28,674 nt of DNA from Candidatus Limivicinus sp. GTDB lineage: Bacteria > Bacillota > Clostridia > Oscillospirales > Oscillospiraceae. A program made the position numbers and the translations under genes. How positions within the stretch are numbered: the stretch's first letter is position 1; the number at the start of each line of letters is the position of its first letter. The notes under the pieces are model-generated. The model ran no database searches, was not told the DNA's origin, and saw nothing but the letters and a program-made list of their open reading frames with translations. The stretch spans positions 1 to 28,674 of the forward strand of contig JAZUJF010000235.1 in NCBI GenBank assembly GCA_045642585.1, in the 5' to 3' direction. Of the stretch, positions 24,919 to 28,674 are shown piece after piece.

Positions 24919-26340
24919 TCAAAGGCCCATCTTGTACGGATTCATTATTCCGTTGGGGTCAAGCTGCTTCTTCAGACCTTCCAGCACCTGCATTGCAGGG
25001 CCGTAGCCTTCCTTCATGAGACGGGAGAGCTTCAGGCCGACACCGTGGTGGTCATTGATAACGCCGCCGTTTTCGATAGCGGCACGCACACCGTCGTTCC
25101 AGATCTTCTGGTGGAGACGGATGCACTCCTCCTCGTCCTCGGGAGGATTGTCAATGATGAAGCGGGAATAGTTCATGCAGCCCCAGTCATACCAGTGGGA
25201 GCTGTGGGAGATAAATCTGACGCCGGGGTACTTCTCAACGGCCTTCTTCATTGCCCAGTAGATCTTCTCGATATTGTCATAGGTACCGGTGGAGTCAATG
25301 GTACCGAACATCTTGGGGTTGTTCATCATGATGCCGGGATAAAAGAAGGTGATGCGGTTCTGGAACCACTTCTCGCCGTACTCTGTGCCCAGATACTGCG
25401 CACCGTACTTCTCGGCGATGGAGAGCATCAGCTCCTCCTCCGCGGCGACGATGGTCTTGTAGCCCTCAAGGGTCAGATTCATAAAGGAGCCCTTCTTCTC
25501 GAAGCCGATGACCTGCTTGATGATGGAAACGGTCTCAGCCTCGTCGAAAAGACGCACGATCGAGGGCTTCACAGCCTGAACGATCTCACGGCAGGCATTG
25601 TAGCCGGTGGTGATGTCGGGGAACAGGAAGGCGTGATGACGGCGGATCTCGGGCAGCTTCACGATCTTGAAGGTGACCTTGGTCATAACGCCGAGAGTGC
25701 CCTCGGAGCCCACAAAGATGTTGATGAGGTTGGGGCCGGAGGAGTGCTTGGGAACGGGCAGGGTGTTGATAATGTCACCGTTGGGGAGAACGACCTCCAG
25801 ATTGACTACCTGATCGTCGATCTTGCCGTACTTGGTGGAGAGGATACCGATGCCGTTGTGAGCCAGAGCGCCGCCCACGGTGCAGCAGGTCAGACAGGGG
25901 GGCAGATGCATCACACTGTAGCCCTGCTCGTTGGCGTACCACTCCAGAGTCTGGAAGATCATACCGGTCTCGCAGGTGATGTAGCCGGACTTGGTGTCGA
26001 TCTTGATAAGCTTGTCCATGCGCTTGATGTCAAGCAGAATACCGCCTGCCATGGGCAGAGCGCCGCCCTGAGAGCCGGAGCCGCCGCCCCAGGTCTGCAC
26101 GGGGATCTTATAGTAATTGGCGATCTTGAGGACCTTGGAAACCTCCTCTGCGCTGCCGGGACGAACGATATAATCGGGCAGAGGCGACTCGCCGCCCTTG
26201 TCAACGACCATTCTGGACACCCAGAAGTAGTCGGTAGCGTATGCCAGCTTGTCTCCCTTGAGAACGCTGACATTCTCTTCGCCCACAGCATCTTCAAGTT
26301 CCGCAAGAATGAACTGATTCATAAATCCACGGAATTCCAT
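24919..26340 (-). CDS. FAD-binding oxidoreductase, GlcD / alkyl-DHAP-synthase-like (VAO family)
   Basis: AGGAGG RBS. WGGGSGSQGG, TVGGALAHNG.G..S..YG, VLPNG, SSGP, GSEGTLGV.T, RLFDEAET, SHSSHWY, DHHGVG, DPNGIMNP.K. Confidence 0.92.
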   Translation of the reverse strand: MEFRGFMNQFILAELEDAVGEENVSVLKGDKLAYATDYFWVSRMVVDKGGESPLPDYIVRPGSAEEVSKVLKIANYYKIPVQTWGGGSGSQGGALPMAGGILLDIKRMDKLIKIDTKSGYITCETGMIFQTLEWYANEQGYSVMHLPPCLTCCTVGGALAHNGIGILSTKYGKIDDQVVNLEVVLPNGDIINTLPVPKHSSGPNLINIFVGSEGTLGVMTKVTFKIVKLPEIRRHHAFLFPDITTGYNACREIVQAVKPSIVRLFDEAETVSIIKQVIGFEKKGSFMNLTLEGYKTIVAAEEELMLSIAEKYGAQYLGTEYGEKWFQNRITFFYPGIMMNNPKMFGTIDSTGTYDNIEKIYWAMKKAVEKYPGVRFISHSSHWYDWGCMNYSRFIIDNPPEDEEECIRLHQKIWNDGVRAAIENGGVINDHHGVGLKLSRLMKEGYGPAMQVLEGLKKQLDPNGIMNPYKMGL

Positions 26341-26397
26341 GACTCATTTCCTCCTGAATTTCATAAACATTTTAACACGGACTTTGTCCACGGCTAT

Positions 26398-26426
26398 AAT
26401 ATACTCCTCACGAAATAATATTTCAA
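26398..26426 (-). promoter_or_regulatory. Sigma-A-type promoter of the FAD oxidoreductase / Fe-S operon
   Basis: Minus strand TTGAAA-17 bp-TATATT. A GAAATA-A-TATTTC palindrome (26412-26424) overlaps the -35. Confidence 0.6.
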
Positions 26427-26466
26427 TATATTTTTTCTGAAATCTGAAATAAAATTACAAAAACGA

Positions 26467-26495
26467 TTGAATTTTTTATGTACGGATGGTATAAT
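26467..26495 (+). promoter_or_regulatory. Sigma-A-type promoter of the kinase-iolB operon (divergent)
   Basis: TTGAAT-17 bp-TATAAT with an extended -10 TG. Confidence 0.75.
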
Positions 26496-26541
26496 GGTAT
26501 TTGCATCAGGATCATTGTGCGGTAATACCGCGGAGGTTTTT

Positions 26542-28053
26542 ATGGCACACAGATATACAATAGGTGTTGATTTCGGGGGCTCCTCCTCCAAGGCTACGCT
26601 CCTTGAGGATACCGGGCGTGTGGTCGCCACGGCATCTCTGGAATACCCCTCCTACTATCCCTTCCCCGGCTGGCTTGAACAGAACGCGGATGAGCTTTTT
26701 GAGGCCATGCACATCAATGTGCGCGCCTGTCTCGATAAGAGCGGGGTTGACCCCGCGGATATTGCGGCGCTCTCCATCGACGCGGCTACCCATATGGCCG
26801 TTCTCTGCGGCGAGGACGACAGGCCGGTGAGAAACTTCATCCACTGGTCGGACAAGCGCTGCACGAAACAGGTGCAGTATGTTAAGGAGAATTATGCCGG
26901 GCTTCTGAAAAAGCACTCGGTGAACTCCGTTTCCGCCGCCTGGACTCTGCCGCAGCTTATCTGGCTCAACGAGAATGAGCCCGAGACCATGGCAAAAGTG
27001 CGCCGGGTCTATTTCCTGAAGGACTATCTGCGCCACCGCATCACCGGAGACTTTTTCACCGACAACATCGAGGCCATGGGCGCGATGCTTGCCGATGACC
27101 GCACAGAGCAATGGGTCCCCGAATTGTGTGACATAGTGGGATTTACCGTGGATATGCTGCCGGAGATCAGAAAGCCCACGGATATTGCCGGCCTTGTGTC
27201 CGAGGATTTTGCCCGTATCAGCGGTCTTGCGGCAGGTACCCCGGTGCTTGTGGGCACAACCGATACCGTCATGGAGGTCTATGCCTCCGGTGCTGTCAGT
27301 GAGGGCTGCGCCACCGTTAAGCTTGCCACCGCCGGCAGAATATGCCCCATAACCACAGGGCCCATCCCCTCACATCAGTTCTTCAACTACAAGCACATTA
27401 TCCCCGGAATGTGGTATCCCGGTACCGGCACCCGCACCTGCGCCGCCTCCTACAAGTGGTACAGAGATGTACTGGGTCAGTATGAGCGTGAGCTCGGAAA
27501 GCACGACAAGGAGAGTGTCTATGAGATACTGAACCGGGCCGCCGAGCAGACACCTCCCGGGGCGGACGGTCTCATATTCCACCCCTATCTGCAGGGCGAG
27601 ATGACCCCCTACTATGACGATGAGCTCTGCGCCAGCTTTACGGGCGTTAAGATGCACCACACCAAGGGCTATTTCACCCGTGCCGTCATGGAGGGCGTTG
27701 CCTATTCCATGCGGGACAGCATAGAGGAGATAAAGGCCCAGAATATAGCGGTCGAACAGTTCCGCCTTATCGGCGGCGGAGCAAAGGGAAGACTCTGGCG
27801 TCAGATCCTGTGCGATGTGCTGGCAACACCTCTGACCTGCACCATGGATAACGACTCCTCTCTTGGCTCGGCCATGATGGCGGGCGTCACCGTCGGAATG
27901 TTCTCAGACTGGCAGGACAGCGTAGACAGGTGCGTGGTCGTGGCGGACACCGTCTGCCCGAAGGAAGAGAATATTCCCGTTTACGACAAAGGTTTTGAGA
28001 CTTACAGGAAGATCGTCAGGGCGCTTATGCCGGTTTACCACGGTCAGGGCTGA
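26542..28053 (+). CDS. FGGY-family carbohydrate kinase (xylulokinase-like; substrate unverified)
   Basis: GGAGG RBS and ATG at 26542. IGVDFGGSSSKATL, GWLEQ, WSDKR, KDYLR..ITG, GTTDT, PYLQGE..P, RAVMEGVAY, IGGGAK..LW.QILCDV, SLGSAM.AG. Confidence 0.93.
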   Translation: MAHRYTIGVDFGGSSSKATLLEDTGRVVATASLEYPSYYPFPGWLEQNADELFEAMHINVRACLDKSGVDPADIAALSIDAATHMAVLCGEDDRPVRNFIHWSDKRCTKQVQYVKENYAGLLKKHSVNSVSAAWTLPQLIWLNENEPETMAKVRRVYFLKDYLRHRITGDFFTDNIEAMGAMLADDRTEQWVPELCDIVGFTVDMLPEIRKPTDIAGLVSEDFARISGLAAGTPVLVGTTDTVMEVYASGAVSEGCATVKLATAGRICPITTGPIPSHQFFNYKHIIPGMWYPGTGTRTCAASYKWYRDVLGQYERELGKHDKESVYEILNRAAEQTPPGADGLIFHPYLQGEMTPYYDDELCASFTGVKMHHTKGYFTRAVMEGVAYSMRDSIEEIKAQNIAVEQFRLIGGGAKGRLWRQILCDVLATPLTCTMDNDSSLGSAMMAGVTVGMFSDWQDSVDRCVVVADTVCPKEENIPVYDKGFETYRKIVRALMPVYHGQG

Positions 28054-28143
28054 CGGAACAGGGCGATTTTTACACAGACACTTGTTTTTCCCGGTACTAT
28101 CCTTTAAAATAAACCCAGAATTTATATTTACGGAGGTATTATC

Positions 28144-28674
28144 ATGAATTTCAAGAAGCATTACACACCCGCTATCGGCTATACCAAGCTCTGCGAGATC
28201 GGCAAGTGCTCTCTGAGCCAGCTTGAGTTCGGCATCATCGAGCTCAACAAGGGCGACAGCGTCACCGTCGAGACCGAGGGCAAGGAATACGGCTTCATTT
28301 TCCTGGGCGGACATGCCGATGTTTCCGGCGCCGTCAACCAGAAGTATGTGGGCGGACGCAACGATGTTTTCGGCAATAAGAAGGCATGGAGCGTCTATGT
28401 GGGCCGCAACAGCTCCGTCACCTTTACCGGATGTGAGCATGTGAAGATCGCTGTATGCGATACTCCCGTTGAAGAGGACACCGAGGCTCAGATCCTTCCC
28501 GCCGACGGTGTACGCCTTATGACTCTGGGCGTAAAGCCCTGGGAGCGCGAGACCTCCTTCATCATTGACGGCACCACCAACGCCAAAAAGCTCACCATCG
28601 GTGAGGCTTACTGCACCCCCGGCAACTGGGCCGGCTTCCCCCCTCACAAGCATGACACCGACAATATGCCCTTT
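28144..28674 (+). CDS. iolB: 5-deoxy-glucuronate isomerase (IolB/KduI-like cupin), truncated at the window end
   Basis: Absent from the ORF track because it has no stop in the window. Read by hand: MNFKKHYTPAIGYTKLCEIG...GGRNDVF...SVYV...LTIGEAYCTPGNWAGFPPHKHDTDNMP, which contains the IolB GNWxxxPPHKHD signature. GGAGG RBS. Confidence 0.88.
   Translation, partial: MNFKKHYTPAIGYTKLCEIGKCSLSQLEFGIIELNKGDSVTVETEGKEYGFIFLGGHADVSGAVNQKYVGGRNDVFGNKKAWSVYVGRNSSVTFTGCEHVKIAVCDTPVEEDTEAQILPADGVRLMTLGVKPWERETSFIIDGTTNAKKLTIGEAYCTPGNWAGFPPHKHDTDNMPF

Noticed and set aside
25045-26418. 457-aa ORF antisense to the FAD oxidoreductase (likewise 6999-8135, 23752-24918 and 12630-13610)
   Set aside because: Same codon-bias artefact; the composition (rich in H, G, D, V) is typical of antisense frames.
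1-28674. tRNA, rRNA, integrase or phage genes
   Set aside because: None were recognised on either strand by eye. A tRNAscan/Infernal run would be needed to exclude small RNAs.

Overview
A GC-rich window from an anaerobic Firmicute (Clostridia-like, inferred from gene families, Shine-Dalgarno sites and sigma-A promoters). 0.1-11.7 kb holds mostly housekeeping and accessory genes. These are a partial shikimate operon (chorismate mutase-aroC-aroE/K fusion-aroQ-aroA), an AT-richer Vat/CatB-type acetyltransferase, an orphan Nif11-leader-like protein, an AEC transporter, pyrR-uraA with a PyrR attenuator, a lipoprotein and a MarR-MFS pair. 12-28.7 kb is a carbohydrate-catabolic island. On the minus strand it encodes an AGPS/GlcD-like FAD oxidoreductase, an Fe-S protein, EtfB/EtfA, a Gfo/Idh/MocA oxidoreductase, an FAD-dependent oxidoreductase and a YesN/YesM-type two-component system. 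These are followed by a compact operon of a fucose-isomerase-like enzyme, class II aldolase, YihV-like PfkB kinase and DUF4867. Divergently transcribed are an FGGY (xylulokinase-like) kinase and a truncated iolB. The best candidate for an undescribed system is the four-gene operon, whose parts suggest a hybrid sulfoglycolysis-like (sulfo-EMP) or other 6-modified-hexose pathway. This is inference and has not been tested. The intergenic DNA also carries interrelated palindromic repeats: a 165-bp MITE-like element, two copies of a 62-bp palindrome, and a 40-bp palindrome shared by sites about 18.5 kb apart. All family assignments come from motif recognition by eye; no database searches were run.
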